Below, one piece after another: positions 1 to 10,086 of a stretch of DNA of 64,000 nucleotides; position 1 is the first letter of the stretch, and each line of letters opens with the position of its first letter. The translations under genes and the position numbers were made by a program. The notes under the pieces are model-generated. The model did not search any database. It had not been told where the DNA came from and saw nothing but the letters and a program-made list of their open reading frames with translations. Source of the stretch: an uncultured Armatimonadia bacterium (GTDB lineage Bacteria > Armatimonadota > Zipacnadia > CAVVLO01); contig CAVVLO010000002.1 in assembly GCA_963749155.1 (NCBI GenBank), positions 928,001-992,000 on the forward strand, written 5' to 3'.

Positions 1-165
1 AAGGTCTTCATATGGTTGACCGCTATTTACAAACCTGTGCGCGAGTGCCCTTACCAGGTTGGTATGGCGACGCACAAGCTCTTCTTTCACCTCGAGCTGA
101 TAGCTCTGGCGAGTTTCCTCAAGCAATTCATTTGTTGTAAGCTGACTCAGCAGCCGGCGCTTCAC
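1..165 (-). CDS. sigB: SigB/SigF/SigG-family RNA polymerase sigma factor, N-terminal part (runs off the window)
   Basis: Not in the ORF track. Manual translation from GTG at 165 gives MKRRLLSQLTTNELLEETRQSYQLEVKEELVRRHTNLVRALAHRFVNSGQPYEDL, matching the region-2 start of SigB/F (ELV..H..LV..LA.RF...G.P.EDL). GAGGAAGGGG RBS upstream; directly downstream of rsbV-rsbW. Confidence 0.85.
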   Translation of the reverse strand, partial: MKRRLLSQLTTNELLEETRQSYQLEVKEELVRRHTNLVRALAHRFVNSGQPYEDL

Positions 166-178
166 GCTGGCCCCTTCC

Positions 179-559
179 TCATTCCACTTGACCTGAACGA
201 ATCAAGGTCAGGCGGAGTTCGACCCGGCCAGGCGCCGAGTCAACGTTAAGCTCGTCTACCACCGCTTCCATCAACATAAGCGGCAGCCCTTCTTCGCTGT
301 CGGCCGAAGGCACCGGCTGGGTGCAGCCCTCGCCAACTACCTTGACTGCCAGGCCTTCTTCCAGTGGATTGAATTCCAGGGCAAGCGAAGTCGCCTGCAG
401 GCTGATGAGCAGGTTACAAGCCTCCGCGACTGCCAGTTTGAGATCCTCGAGATCTGCCATCGAGGGCAGACTGCGACTGCCTATACCCGAAGCCGTCAGC
501 CGCGCTACAACGACATATTCGGCCGAAGCAGGCAGCACCAGAGTCACAGGCTGGCTCAT
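179..559 (-). CDS. rsbW: RsbW-like anti-sigma factor (HATPase_c-like, degenerate ATP-binding motifs)
   Basis: LPASAEYVVVARLTASGI and DLEDLKLAVAEAC are RsbW-like; lies between the STAS gene and the sigma factor. Confidence 0.8.
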   Translation of the reverse strand: MSQPVTLVLPASAEYVVVARLTASGIGSRSLPSMADLEDLKLAVAEACNLLISLQATSLALEFNPLEEGLAVKVVGEGCTQPVPSADSEEGLPLMLMEAVVDELNVDSAPGRVELRLTLIRSGQVE

Positions 560-918
560 CAGGTCTCGCCCCCTTCAAGTCGGCCAAGCGCTTCCTGGCG
601 CGTGGACACCATATCGAATATCTTCTCCAGCCCGGTCAGTTCGAACAGGCGCAGTAGTCTTGGATTATCGACCACCAGAACCATCTCGCCTTCCCTTTCG
701 CGGAGACGCTTCAGGGCGCCGACCAGTACCCCCAGCCCGCTGGAATCGAGATAGCTCAACTTGCCCAGGTCGAAGAGCAAATGGGTGTACCCATCGCGCA
801 CCAGACCGATAACGGTCTCTCTCACCGTCTCACTGGTGTAGGCATCCAGTTCGCCTTCCAGTGCGATGACGGCCAGATGCTTGACCGGGTTCACCTCGGA
901 GCTGATGTTGAAGTCCAT
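559..918 (-). CDS. rsbV: Anti-sigma factor antagonist (STAS domain)
   Basis: GELDAYT, YLDSSGLGVLV (phospho-acceptor Ser motif), RLFELTGL. Confidence 0.92.
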   Translation of the reverse strand: MDFNISSEVNPVKHLAVIALEGELDAYTSETVRETVIGLVRDGYTHLLFDLGKLSYLDSSGLGVLVGALKRLREREGEMVLVVDNPRLLRLFELTGLEKIFDMVSTRQEALGRLEGGET

Positions 919-947
919 CTTGCTCCCTCCAGCTTAAGAAGCAGTGC

Positions 948-1286
948 TTATTTGTTTTCTCTTGACGAATGGAACAGACCGCGCACCAGCCCTGTAAGCA
1001 GCGAACCTGATTCTTTGCCCTTCTGCTCTTCAGGCTGGTCTTCACGACTTAGTCCTAAAAGGTGCCCAAGGTGACTGAGTCGCTCGATGACTTTATCCAC
1101 CTTGATGGTTATATGCCGGACACGGACGAGAGTAGGATCGAGTTCGGCCTTCATCTCGTCCACTTTTTGTTTTACATCCTCAACTGCCACGACGATACGC
1201 TTGATGTAGAGAATCAGCAGCACCAGGCAGACGCCAGCCACGATGGCAACAACCGCTACAAGCAACTGCAGCCAAAGCGCCATCAC
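948..1286 (-). CDS. DUF948/YtxG-like membrane-anchored coiled-coil protein
   Basis: N-terminal TM helix followed by an amphipathic helical region; start overlaps the rarA stop. Confidence 0.6.
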   Translation of the reverse strand: MMALWLQLLVAVVAIVAGVCLVLLILYIKRIVVAVEDVKQKVDEMKAELDPTLVRVRHITIKVDKVIERLSHLGHLLGLSREDQPEEQKGKESGSLLTGLVRGLFHSSRENK

Positions 1287-2652
1287 TGCTCCTCCTTCTC
1301 CCCAGAGTCAGCCGGCCTGTACCGGTCGCCCCAGCGCTGCACCAGTCTCTCGGCCATTTTACGTTCCTGGCCCAGCAATTTCGGTATATAGAAACTTGCC
1401 TCGCCGACATCCTCCGGCAGATATTGCTGCTTCACAAAAGCCCCAGGAAAATCGTGGGGATAGAGATACCCCTTCCCAGCGCCTAGTTTGGCTGCGCCCG
1501 GATAGCTGCTGTCTCTCAGGCTGCGAGGCGCCTGACCGGTTTTACCAGCTCGCACGGCTGCCAGCGCGTTATCGATGCCTGCGCAGGCGGAGTTGCTCTT
1601 CTCCGCGTTGCAAATATACACAGCCGCCTCTGCGAGCAGTATGCGCGCCTCGGGCCACCCAACGAAGTCTACCGCCTGAGCGGCCGCATTGGCCACTAAT
1701 AAGGCCACCGGGTCGGCAAGTCCCACATCCTCGGCTGCGCTGATGACCAGCCGCGCGCGATAAAGCGGACTTCTTCGCCAGCCTCCATCATCCGTGCCAT
1801 ATAATACAGTGCAGCATCCGGATCAGAGCCGCGCAGGCTCTTGATAAAAGCTGAAGCCAGATTGTAGTGCTCATCACCCGATTTGTCATAAGGCAAACGC
1901 TGCTTTGAGAGGGCCTTTTGGGCATCCTCAAGCTCCAGAAGCGCCGCCTCGCGAAAAATTGCAAACTGGCTTGCCATCTCCAGGGCGTTCAGGGCGAAAC
2001 GCGCATCTCCCGCAGCTTGCTGGGCGATCAGTCTCAAGGCCTCTGGGTCGCCCTTGAAAGGTTTTTCGTCGGGAGTCAGCAGATGACGTTCAACCGCTCG
2101 CTCGAGCAACTCATACAGGTCTTCTTCAGTGAGCGGCTCGAACTGGAAGACCGGCGCCCGAGAGAGGAGAGGCGAGTTAAGCTCGAAAAAGGGGTTCTCG
2201 GTCGTCGCCCCAATCAGCAGCAAATCGCCTGATTCCACAAAGGGGAGGAAGCTGTCCTGCTGAGCCTTGTTGAATCGATGGATTTCATCTACGAATAGTA
2301 CGGTGCGCCTGCCGGTAGCCCGCCTGCGCTCTCGAGCCTGTTCTCCAATCCGGCGTAAATCCTTGACGCTGGCAGTTACAGCGCTCAGAGTCTCAAAATG
2401 GTGCCGGGTTATACGGGCAATGAGGCTCGCGAGAGTAGTTTTCCCCGAGCCGGCGGGACCATACATAATGAAGGAGAAGAGCTCGTCGCGTTCGATGGAG
2501 GCTCTCAGTGGACTGCCTTCAGCCAACAGGTGCCTTTGCCCTACCAACTCATCCAGTCGTTCAGGCCTCGCTCTGGCAGCAAGAGGCGCATCCGCGGCCA
2601 CCTGAGTGAAGTCGCGGGGATTCTGGTTCTCGTCGGCCTCGAAAAGGGTCAT
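1283..2652 (-). CDS. rarA: Replication-associated recombination protein A (MgsA/RarA AAA+ ATPase); one frameshift near 1750
   Basis: PLAARARP, Walker A GPAGSGKTT, FVDEIHRFNKAQQD, SAFIKSLRGSDPDAA in ORF 1696-2652; GLADP...YPHD C-terminus in ORF 1283-1726. One extra base restores IARRLVISA. Confidence 0.93.
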
Positions 2653-2686
2653 CGCATCCTCTGAGAGAGCGATTCAGCAGCAATAA

Positions 2687-2843
2687 GGTGCCCCGCAGTG
2701 CCGTGTCTCAGCGGCGTGGTGAAGCTCGGCTCCACGTGGGTGTCCTCTACTGGCCTGAAGAGACTCCAGGTCAGTGATCTGGACCCCCTTTAGTTAGGTG
2801 TTGCCTCACCCAACTCGCAAGATCACGAACACCGCAGGGCATC
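2687..2843 (-). ncRNA. ssrS: 6S RNA
   Basis: Minus-strand ends pair (GAUGCCCUGCGGUGUUCGUG with CACGGCACUGCGGGGCACC). Internal GGGGGUCC, GAGGACACCCAC and ACGGCAC motifs resemble Firmicutes-type 6S RNA. ~157 nt, own promoter, upstream of rarA. Confidence 0.85.
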
Positions 2844-2849
2844 AAGGAA

Positions 2850-2878
2850 AGGGTAGCACGGAAGTCCGTCCTCGGCAA
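2850..2878 (-). promoter_or_regulatory. Sigma70-type promoter for 6S RNA
   Basis: TTGCCG-17 nt-TACCCT with extended -10 TG, ending about 6 nt before the predicted RNA 5' end. Confidence 0.65.
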
Positions 2879-2924
2879 TTATGAAAGCAACCGATGCTAG
2901 CCGGCTTGAAACACCAGGCGCCCC

Positions 2925-3953
2925 TCAAGTTGCTCTGGTTTTACGCTCGCGCAGCAGGTTCATCGCCACGGCGCCGACCACGACGAGGCCCACAATCACG
3001 CCTTCCCAAAGTGAAGCGTTGGTCTGGACGACCAGGTTGATGCCATTTATCAGCAAGCCAAGCAACGCAGCGCCTAGCACTGTGCCAAGTACGCTGCCCT
3101 CACCACCCATCAGACTGCAACCGCCAATGACCGCAGCTGCTATGGCGTTGAGCTCATAGGCTACTCCGCTACTCGGGCTGCCCTGGCGGATATAAGCCGC
3201 ATAAAGCAGGCCAGCCAGCGCGGCCAAAAAACTCGCCGCCGCGTAGACGAACAGTTTGGTGCGCGCGACATTTACACCCGAGAGCCTGGCCGCCTCCTCG
3301 TTACCGCCTACACCGTAGATATACCTGCCCCAGACCGTGCTGTGCATCAGGAAGACAGCAAGCAGCGCCACTACCGCCAGGAAAATCGCCGGCACCGGGA
3401 TAAAGCCAAAGACCATCCCGTTGCCCAGGTAGTTGAAGGTGGCATAGCTCTTGTCAGTGATGTCGATTGGCATAGCCTCGGTCATCAGCAGCGAAGCGCC
3501 TCTCAGGATTTCAAGGGTGCCGAGTGTGATGACAAAAGGTGGCATCCTGAGTTTGGTAATGAAGGCTCCGTGGATAAGTCCTACTACCACTCCAAGGGCC
3601 AGCACGACCAGCATCGCAGGCAAGATAGGCCATCCAAGCTCGATCATGAGAATCGAGACGACCACTCCGCTGAAGGCGATGAGCGAGCCGACGGACAGGT
3701 CAATGCCCCCGCATATGATGACCAGTGCTTCGCCAATGGCGAATACCCCAAGCAGAGCTATCTGTCTTGCCAGGTTGCTTAGGTTGCCGACATCCAGGAA
3801 GGAGTTGCGCGCCTGGGAGCCCATTGACAGTATTATGCCCGTCACAACCAGAGTGCTTATAAATACGCCCATCTCGCGGCTGCGCAAGGCTCTGGCGAAG
3901 AGGAGCGAGCGAGCGCGCTGTGCCTCTGGCCGCGGTGATTCGTCCGGTTGCAT
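2925..3953 (-). CDS. Sugar ABC transporter permease (RbsC-like)
   Basis: GGIDLSVGS, GGNEEAARLSG, YELNAIAAAVIGG motifs; multiple TM helices. Confidence 0.92.
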   Translation of the reverse strand: MQPDESPRPEAQRARSLLFARALRSREMGVFISTLVVTGIILSMGSQARNSFLDVGNLSNLARQIALLGVFAIGEALVIICGGIDLSVGSLIAFSGVVVSILMIELGWPILPAMLVVLALGVVVGLIHGAFITKLRMPPFVITLGTLEILRGASLLMTEAMPIDITDKSYATFNYLGNGMVFGFIPVPAIFLAVVALLAVFLMHSTVWGRYIYGVGGNEEAARLSGVNVARTKLFVYAAASFLAALAGLLYAAYIRQGSPSSGVAYELNAIAAAVIGGCSLMGGEGSVLGTVLGAALLGLLINGINLVVQTNASLWEGVIVGLVVVGAVAMNLLRERKTRAT

Positions 3954-5474
3954 CAGCCTTCGCCTCCCTGAGCTGCCAGTGCCATAATACCTTCCTGGGT
4001 AGCCCCGGCTTTTGGCAACTGCCCCACCAGGCGCCCTGAGCGCATAACTACTACCGTATCCGACATCCCAAGCACTTCCTCGAGTTCGGAGGAGACCATC
4101 ACCAGAGCGACCCCTTGCCCCGCCAGCTCGTTCATCAATTCGTAGATCTCCACTTTCGCGCCTACATCAATGCCGCGCGTCGGCTCATCCAAAAGCAGCA
4201 CCCTGGGCTCCAGTGCCAGCCATTTCGCCAGCACCACTTTTTGCTGGTTGCCGCCGCTGCAGGAAAGGACAGGCGCTTCATCCGAACTCATCCTGATGCG
4301 CAGCCTGCTTGAATAAGTAGCCGAAACCTCGGCTTCAGCGTATTTGTTTCTTATGCCGCCGCGCGCAAGGCGCCTGGCCGATGGCAGGGTAAGGTTCTCT
4401 CTTATCGCTGCCTGCAGGATTAGTCCTTGCCTGGCCCTGTCCTCGGGCAGGAAACCCATTCCCGCGCGGATGGCCTCGAGCCGGGTCGTTGATAGTGACA
4501 GGCTTGCCCTCTATATAGAGTTGGCCTGACTGCCTGGGCGTCGCACCGAATAAACCCAGCAGAAGTTCACTGCGCCCGGCGCCGACCAGGCCCGATATAC
4601 CAACTATCTCCCCCGCCCTGACCGCAAAACTGACGGGCTCTACAATTCCCGGGCAACGGAAGCCTTCGACCCGGAAGACCTCCGGCCCGAACTCGACCTG
4701 TCGCTCGGGAAAATACTGCTTGAGAGTGCGCCCGACCATCAGCCGCACCAGCGACTCCACATCCAGCTCGGGGGCCGGCTGATCCGCGACTATGTGGCCA
4801 TCGCGCATAACTATAATCCGGTCGCTGACTTGCTTTATCTCCTCCAGCTTGTGCGAAACATATACGATGGCAAGGCCCGCCGCTCTGAGCGCGCCTATGA
4901 GGCTGAGCAGTTGCTCCGTCTCGGCGACTGAAAGCGAACTGGTCGGCTCGTCCATAATCAGCAGTTGGGCATCCAGGCAAAGCGCCTTGGCTATCTCGAC
5001 GCGTTGCCTGGTGGCGATAGGCAGATTGCCAACTAGCTCGCCAGGATCCACATCCAGACCAACCTGGGCAAGCTTCTCGAGCGCCTGGTCGCGCAGCTTG
5101 CGCCGGTCCATTATTTTGAGGAAAGTGCGCCTTGGCTCGCGCCCGAAGTAGAGATTCTCTTCAACACTGAGGTTGGGCAGCAGGTTGAGTTCCTGATGGA
5201 TCATCGCGATGCCAAGGTCCTGCGCCTGGCGAGCGCTATGCAACTCGACACGACTGCCTTGCCAGAGCAACTCGCCAGTATCAGGTCTATGCACCCCTGC
5301 AATCAACTTGCCTAGCGTAGACTTGCCAGCGCCGTTCTCGCCGATGAGCCCAACGACCTCGCCGGGACGGATTACGAAATCCGCCCCGGCCACGGCCTGC
5401 ACCGCAAAAAACCGCTTGCTAACGCCCCTTAGCTCGAGCAGGGGCGGTTGCGCCTGTTGGTCAAGGGCTGTCAT
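3953..5474 (-). CDS. Sugar ABC transporter ATP-binding protein (RbsA-like, two ABC domains); frameshift near 4482
   Basis: GENGAGKST, MDEPTSSL, then SGGNQQK and LLDEPTRGIDVGAK in the second frame; removing one G gives NDPLEAIRAGMGF. Confidence 0.9.
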
Positions 5475-5476
5475 CG

Positions 5477-6532
5477 CTACGACGACTCGACCCCAATACC
5501 TGAGAGATACTTCTTGAACTCTTCGACGGTCTTCGGGGTAACCACGGTGACGCCTGTGTCGATTACTCCGCCAGGGGGAAGCAGCATCTGCGTCTCTTCC
5601 ACGCCCGCCTCGACCATATCGCGCATAAGCTGGACGGCCAGATAGCCAAAGAAGAAAGGCTTCTGGACAACAGTAGCTTCTATCTCGCCCTTGGCCAGAT
5701 GTTCCAGGGTGGCTGGCTCCGCGTCGAAGGAGACGATTTTCACCTTGTCAGCTTTACTTGCGGCCTGGACAGCCTGGGCGATGGCGGGGGCGTTATAGCT
5801 CCACAGGCCAACGAGCAGCGTCACGTCAGGCTTGCTGGCGAGGACTTCCTCGACGTTTTTGCGCGCGCGGTTCTTGTCGGTCTGGTCCTCGCGCACATCC
5901 ACGACCTCAATTACACCCTTGGTCGCATCTTTGAAGCCGTTCAGGCGTTCCTTGGCGTTGCTCGCCGTCATCGTGCCGACGAAAGCGACGGCCTTGGTTG
6001 GCTTCTTGCCGACGACTTTGAGCGCTTCCAGACCGAGTTCCTGGCCAGCTTTGAAATTGTTGGTGCCGATGTAAGCGGCCCGCTTGGAGCCTGCGACATC
6101 CGAATCAAAGAGGATTACAACGATCCCCTTCGCCACCAGGTCATCAATAACCGGCTTGATTGCTTCCTCAGTGATCGGCGAGATGCAGATGGCGTCCACT
6201 TTCTGGGCGGCGAAGTTCTCAATGAGGCGCCGCTGGGTCGCCACTTGACCATCCTGCGGGCCTTCCCACTTGGCGTCTACCCCAAGCTTCTCGGCGGCGG
6301 CTTCCATCCCCTTGGTCATCGGATTCCAGAAAGCTGACACGGCATTGGTCACGATACCAACCCGGATTTGGCCTGTGCTGGTCGTCGCAAGCCCAGGACC
6401 AGTGGGCGCGCCAGCAGGGGTCTCAGGCGGACCAGTCGTTTTGGATGCGCAAGAGGACAGCACGCAGGCAAGCCCGGCAAACAGGCTTAACACCAGGCAA
6501 AGTGAGAGCAGGCGAAGCGAAAGACGTTTCAT
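5477..6532 (-). CDS. Sugar ABC transporter substrate-binding protein, probable lipoprotein
   Basis: Likely start MKRLS at 6532 with GGAGGG RBS; signal peptide ending LSSC; FW..GMEAAA, YIGTNNF.AG, V.QKPF..GY periplasmic-binding-protein motifs. Confidence 0.9.
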   Translation of the reverse strand: MKRLSLRLLSLCLVLSLFAGLACVLSSCASKTTGPPETPAGAPTGPGLATTSTGQIRVGIVTNAVSAFWNPMTKGMEAAAEKLGVDAKWEGPQDGQVATQRRLIENFAAQKVDAICISPITEEAIKPVIDDLVAKGIVVILFDSDVAGSKRAAYIGTNNFKAGQELGLEALKVVGKKPTKAVAFVGTMTASNAKERLNGFKDATKGVIEVVDVREDQTDKNRARKNVEEVLASKPDVTLLVGLWSYNAPAIAQAVQAASKADKVKIVSFDAEPATLEHLAKGEIEATVVQKPFFFGYLAVQLMRDMVEAGVEETQMLLPPGGVIDTGVTVVTPKTVEEFKKYLSGIGVESS

Positions 6533-6605
6533 ATAGATCCCTCCGAAGGCAGACTTGCGGGAAGCTAGCCTCAAGGATTTCTGCGCGCTCTGGCGACCTC
6601 CTGCC

Positions 6606-6638
6606 AAAACAAACGCGGAGCCTCGAAAGGCTCCGCGT
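6606..6638 (-). terminator. Intrinsic terminator after degP
   Basis: ACGCGGAGCCT-TTCG-AGGCTCCGCGT hairpin followed by TTGTTTT on the minus strand. Confidence 0.85.
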
Positions 6639-6664
6639 CGGCTGTTACTCAAACTGGACTGGAT

Positions 6665-8167
6665 TTATCCGCCCGGTCGCACTCCTACAAGTAGCGAGGC
6701 GATGGCGCCTCCGGACTGGCGCTTCACATAGAAGGGGATGAGCGCGCGGTCTTTGCTTGCTTCAATAGCGGCTTCGAAGCCTGCAACGCCCTCGATAACC
6801 TTCCTGCCTACCTGCACGACGACATCTCCTGGCAGTAGCTCGGACCGACCTCCTGGCTTCTCGGGATCAAGCGCGGTGATGATAACCCCAACGCCTGGCT
6901 GCAAACCAACCGCGGTTGCGACTTCCTCAGGCACCGCCTGGACCGTGATACCGAGTATGCTGGCTGCCGCAGCCGCCTGCTCTGCTGGCTTAGCCTGAGC
7001 GGTCTCCTCACCATATTGGCCCAAGGTAACTTTTAGCTCGGTCGGTTCTCCATCGCGCAGCAGCGAAAGAGTCACTTCTGCCCCTGGCGCCGCCTCGCCG
7101 ATGAGAGTGGTGAGGTCCATAGAGTTCTTCACAGGCTTGCCGTCAACCGCGGTTATCAGGTCGAAGGGCTTGAGCTGGGCTTTTTCGGCGGGACTGCCAG
7201 GCACCAGGTCGGTTACCTGAGCCGCCCCTTCGAGGCCAAACTCCCTGGCGATGGCCGGGTCAAGTGTGACCGTGCTCACTCCAAGCCAGCCGCGAGTAAC
7301 CGTCCCGGTGGCCATAAGTTGCTCGGCGATACGCCTGGCGCTGTTGATGGGGATTGCAAAACCAATCCCGACATTGCCCCCCGAAGGGGACATAATGGCG
7401 GTGTTGATCCCGATTACTTTGCCTTCGATGTCCACCAGGGGCCCGCCACTGTTGCCAGGATTGATGGAGGCGTCGGTCTGGATAAGCCCAAAGAGCGCCT
7501 TGCTTGGATCATTGATACCGATATCATGCTCGTTGCGGCCTACCGCGCTGACAATGCCGAGAGTTACAGTGGCCTGCAGGCCGAAAGGACTGCCGACCGC
7601 AACAACCCATTCGCCGACCCGGATTGCCTCCGAATCGCCAAACTCTATAGTGGGAAGAGGCTTGCCTGTATCTATCTTGATAACCGCAGTGTCGGTGCGC
7701 GGGTCAGTGCCAACCACGGTTGCAGGGAACTCCGCCGCCTCGCCAAGCCCTGCCTCGGGCATCAACCGCACTATCAGGCGTGTCGCATCCTCTACCACAT
7801 GGTTATTGGTAAGGATATAACCGGCCGAGTCGATAATCATCCCAGATCCGCTGCTGCGCTCGACGCGCTTCTGAGGTTGCCTCTGCCCCTGCTGGGGCCG
7901 CTGAGGCTGCCCGAAAGGCCAAAAATCCGGACCGAAGAAATCCTTGAAGAAGGGATCATCGAAAAACGGATTGGCCGATGAGCTGTCCACCTGGGTGACG
8001 CTCTCATTGCTTACGAAAACAACCGCTGGCGTGACTTTTGAAGCGACGCTAATCACGGCTTCCTGGACCGAAACCGCGGTGCCGAGATCAGCGAAACTCG
8101 CCATCGAGGCAGCCAGCCCAAGCACCACCATTAGCGGAAGTAGCAATTTGGCTATTCGCCGTGTCAT
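6665..8167 (-). CDS. degP: Do/DegP/HtrA serine protease with two PDZ domains
   Basis: TNNHVV, D..TD.AVIKI, QTDASINPGNSGGPL, two PDZ domains, signal peptide; likely start MTRR at 8167 after GGAGG. Confidence 0.92.
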   Translation of the reverse strand: MTRRIAKLLLPLMVVLGLAASMASFADLGTAVSVQEAVISVASKVTPAVVFVSNESVTQVDSSSANPFFDDPFFKDFFGPDFWPFGQPQRPQQGQRQPQKRVERSSGSGMIIDSAGYILTNNHVVEDATRLIVRLMPEAGLGEAAEFPATVVGTDPRTDTAVIKIDTGKPLPTIEFGDSEAIRVGEWVVAVGSPFGLQATVTLGIVSAVGRNEHDIGINDPSKALFGLIQTDASINPGNSGGPLVDIEGKVIGINTAIMSPSGGNVGIGFAIPINSARRIAEQLMATGTVTRGWLGVSTVTLDPAIAREFGLEGAAQVTDLVPGSPAEKAQLKPFDLITAVDGKPVKNSMDLTTLIGEAAPGAEVTLSLLRDGEPTELKVTLGQYGEETAQAKPAEQAAAAASILGITVQAVPEEVATAVGLQPGVGVIITALDPEKPGGRSELLPGDVVVQVGRKVIEGVAGFEAAIEASKDRALIPFYVKRQSGGAIASLLVGVRPGG

Positions 8168-8239
8168 TGGATTACAACCTCCTGCGTTGGTCTTGCATAT
8201 GTCAGGTAACGCCAACCTGGACGCCGGCGTTCCAGTGAG

Positions 8240-9352
8240 TTAGACGCTCGAAGAGGCCCGCAAGTTCTGACCGAGGGCAAGTTTGAGGAAAAGCGCCTCC
8301 AGGGCAAGCTGGAGATTGGCGTTGGACAGCGCCGCCCGGCGCGCGCGCTGGACCGCCTCAAGCCCTGCCAGCACCCAGGCGGCATCGCGGGTCTGGGCAA
8401 GCGAGGCAAGCAAGGTATATCTGTCGGCAAAACGCAAGCCCGAGGGCTCCTCTCCAAGTTGCACCCTTAGTATCTCGTGAAGCCACCCAAGCAACAGTTC
8501 AAGCGCATCGGCGACAGCCGTTCTGGCAAGTTTCGGTTTGGAAGCCGTAACCTTTTTCTGACCTGTTGAGGCCTGCCACCAATCTTGTGCCAGGCGCTGC
8601 AGCTCTTCGGCCAGACGGAAAGCGGCAAGAGGTGGGGCCTCCACCGCTTCTGCGAACAATCCTAGCAACGCATCGCGTTTCGCCAGCGCCTCGGGGTGTT
8701 CTCCCAGCCCGAAAGCAAGACCCGGCTTGCCCCCTGCCCAGCTTACGATAGCCTTGAGTTCGTTCGCGCCCAGTTTGGGGAAGCGTTGCTTACAGACCAG
8801 AGTCAACGCCTCGCTCTCCATCAGGCCAAACCGCACCTGCCTGCATCTAGACTGGATAGTTGGCAGTACTCCTTCGAGGTTGCTTGCAGTCAAAACAAGA
8901 ATCGTATGCGCCGGCGGCTCCTCAAGTGTCTTGAGCAGAGCGTTGGCAGCCTCGACGGTCATCCTGTCCGCCCCGGCCAACACTTCTACCTTGTATTTTC
9001 CCTGGTAAGGCCTGAGGTCGGAGCGCCGGCGCAGCTCATGCGCCTGTTCGATAGTCACAACAGCGCCTTCAAGGACGATATCTTCCTCGCCCTTGCCCGC
9101 TTTCGCCTGGGTCACAAAGACATCAGGATGATTGTGCTCGGCGATGCGGATGCACTCGTCACATTCGCCACATGCCTCGCCTTCGAGGGGATTCAGGCAG
9201 TTCAGCGCCTGTGCAAGCGCCACCCCCGCCGTCAGCTTCCCGATATGGTCAGGGCCAACAAACAAATAGGAATGAGTCGGCTGCCCACTGGCAACGTCCT
9301 GCCTGAGGCCTTCGATTGCGCGAGGATTGCCCACGAACTCGGAAAACCTCAC
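8240..9352 (-). CDS. holB: DNA polymerase III subunit delta'
   Basis: HSYLFVGP..IGK, Zn motif C..C..C, HPDV, AANALLKTLEEPP, TIQSRC; follows tmk. Confidence 0.93.
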   Translation of the reverse strand: MRFSEFVGNPRAIEGLRQDVASGQPTHSYLFVGPDHIGKLTAGVALAQALNCLNPLEGEACGECDECIRIAEHNHPDVFVTQAKAGKGEEDIVLEGAVVTIEQAHELRRRSDLRPYQGKYKVEVLAGADRMTVEAANALLKTLEEPPAHTILVLTASNLEGVLPTIQSRCRQVRFGLMESEALTLVCKQRFPKLGANELKAIVSWAGGKPGLAFGLGEHPEALAKRDALLGLFAEAVEAPPLAAFRLAEELQRLAQDWWQASTGQKKVTASKPKLARTAVADALELLLGWLHEILRVQLGEEPSGLRFADRYTLLASLAQTRDAAWVLAGLEAVQRARRAALSNANLQLALEALFLKLALGQNLRASSSV

Positions 9353-9996
9353 ACAAGTCTCCCCCCGTCATGGATATACAGAACAGGCTCTATCATACTC
9401 AGAATATCGTCACTCACATCATCAGGCACCTGGGTCCCATCGATGACGCAAACGCGCTCGGGCTCCTGCCCTGCGATAGTCAGATAACCTTCTCTTACCC
9501 GCCTGTGGAAATCAACCTCTTCCTGTTCGATGCGGTCGGTTGGGCCTTCCTGCTGCCGGGCGGTCGCGATCTCGGGTGGCACATCCAGGAGGAGGGTGAC
9601 ATCAGGCCATAATCCCGCAACGGCCAGGTCAAGTACTTGCTGCACCAGCTTCAAATCCAGTCCCCTGCCATACCCCTGATATGCCATCGTCGAATCGGCA
9701 TACCGGTCGGAGATGACAACCCAATCCTCGGCGATCAGGGGGCGAAGCTTTTCTTCGATATGCTGGGCTCTGTCCGCCGCGAAAAGCAAGAGTTCTGCGC
9801 GCGCTACCAGAGCATTTTCACCTGCGGCCTTCACGATGCGCGTTATCTCCTGGCCCAGCGTCGTGCCGCCAGGTTCCCGAGTCAAGGCCACCTTTAGTTT
9901 AGGGTAACGTGATTCCAGCCGGCTCTTCAACATTTCAGCCTGCGTGCTCTTTCCGCTGCCATCGCAGCCCTCGAACGTAATCAATAATCCACTCAA
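9349..9996 (-). CDS. tmk: Thymidylate kinase
   Basis: ITFEGCDGSGKSTQ, TREPGG, DRAQH, SDRY.DST.AYQG. Confidence 0.96.
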   Translation of the reverse strand: MSGLLITFEGCDGSGKSTQAEMLKSRLESRYPKLKVALTREPGGTTLGQEITRIVKAAGENALVARAELLLFAADRAQHIEEKLRPLIAEDWVVISDRYADSTMAYQGYGRGLDLKLVQQVLDLAVAGLWPDVTLLLDVPPEIATARQQEGPTDRIEQEEVDFHRRVREGYLTIAGQEPERVCVIDGTQVPDDVSDDILSMIEPVLYIHDGGRLV

Positions 9997-10086
9997 AGTT
10001 TATCCTTCCCTGTAGAGGAGTTCGGTCCCGGCCTGCTTCCCACTGCCCTCGCAGCCTGCAAGTGCAACCAGTAGTCGAACAAAAAA

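Noticed and set aside
6533..6652. N-terminal extensions in the ORF track (6533-6652, 19594-19725, 22592-22681, 35265-35384)
   Set aside because: They run through terminators or upstream genes; downstream starts with better RBS or domain boundaries were chosen.
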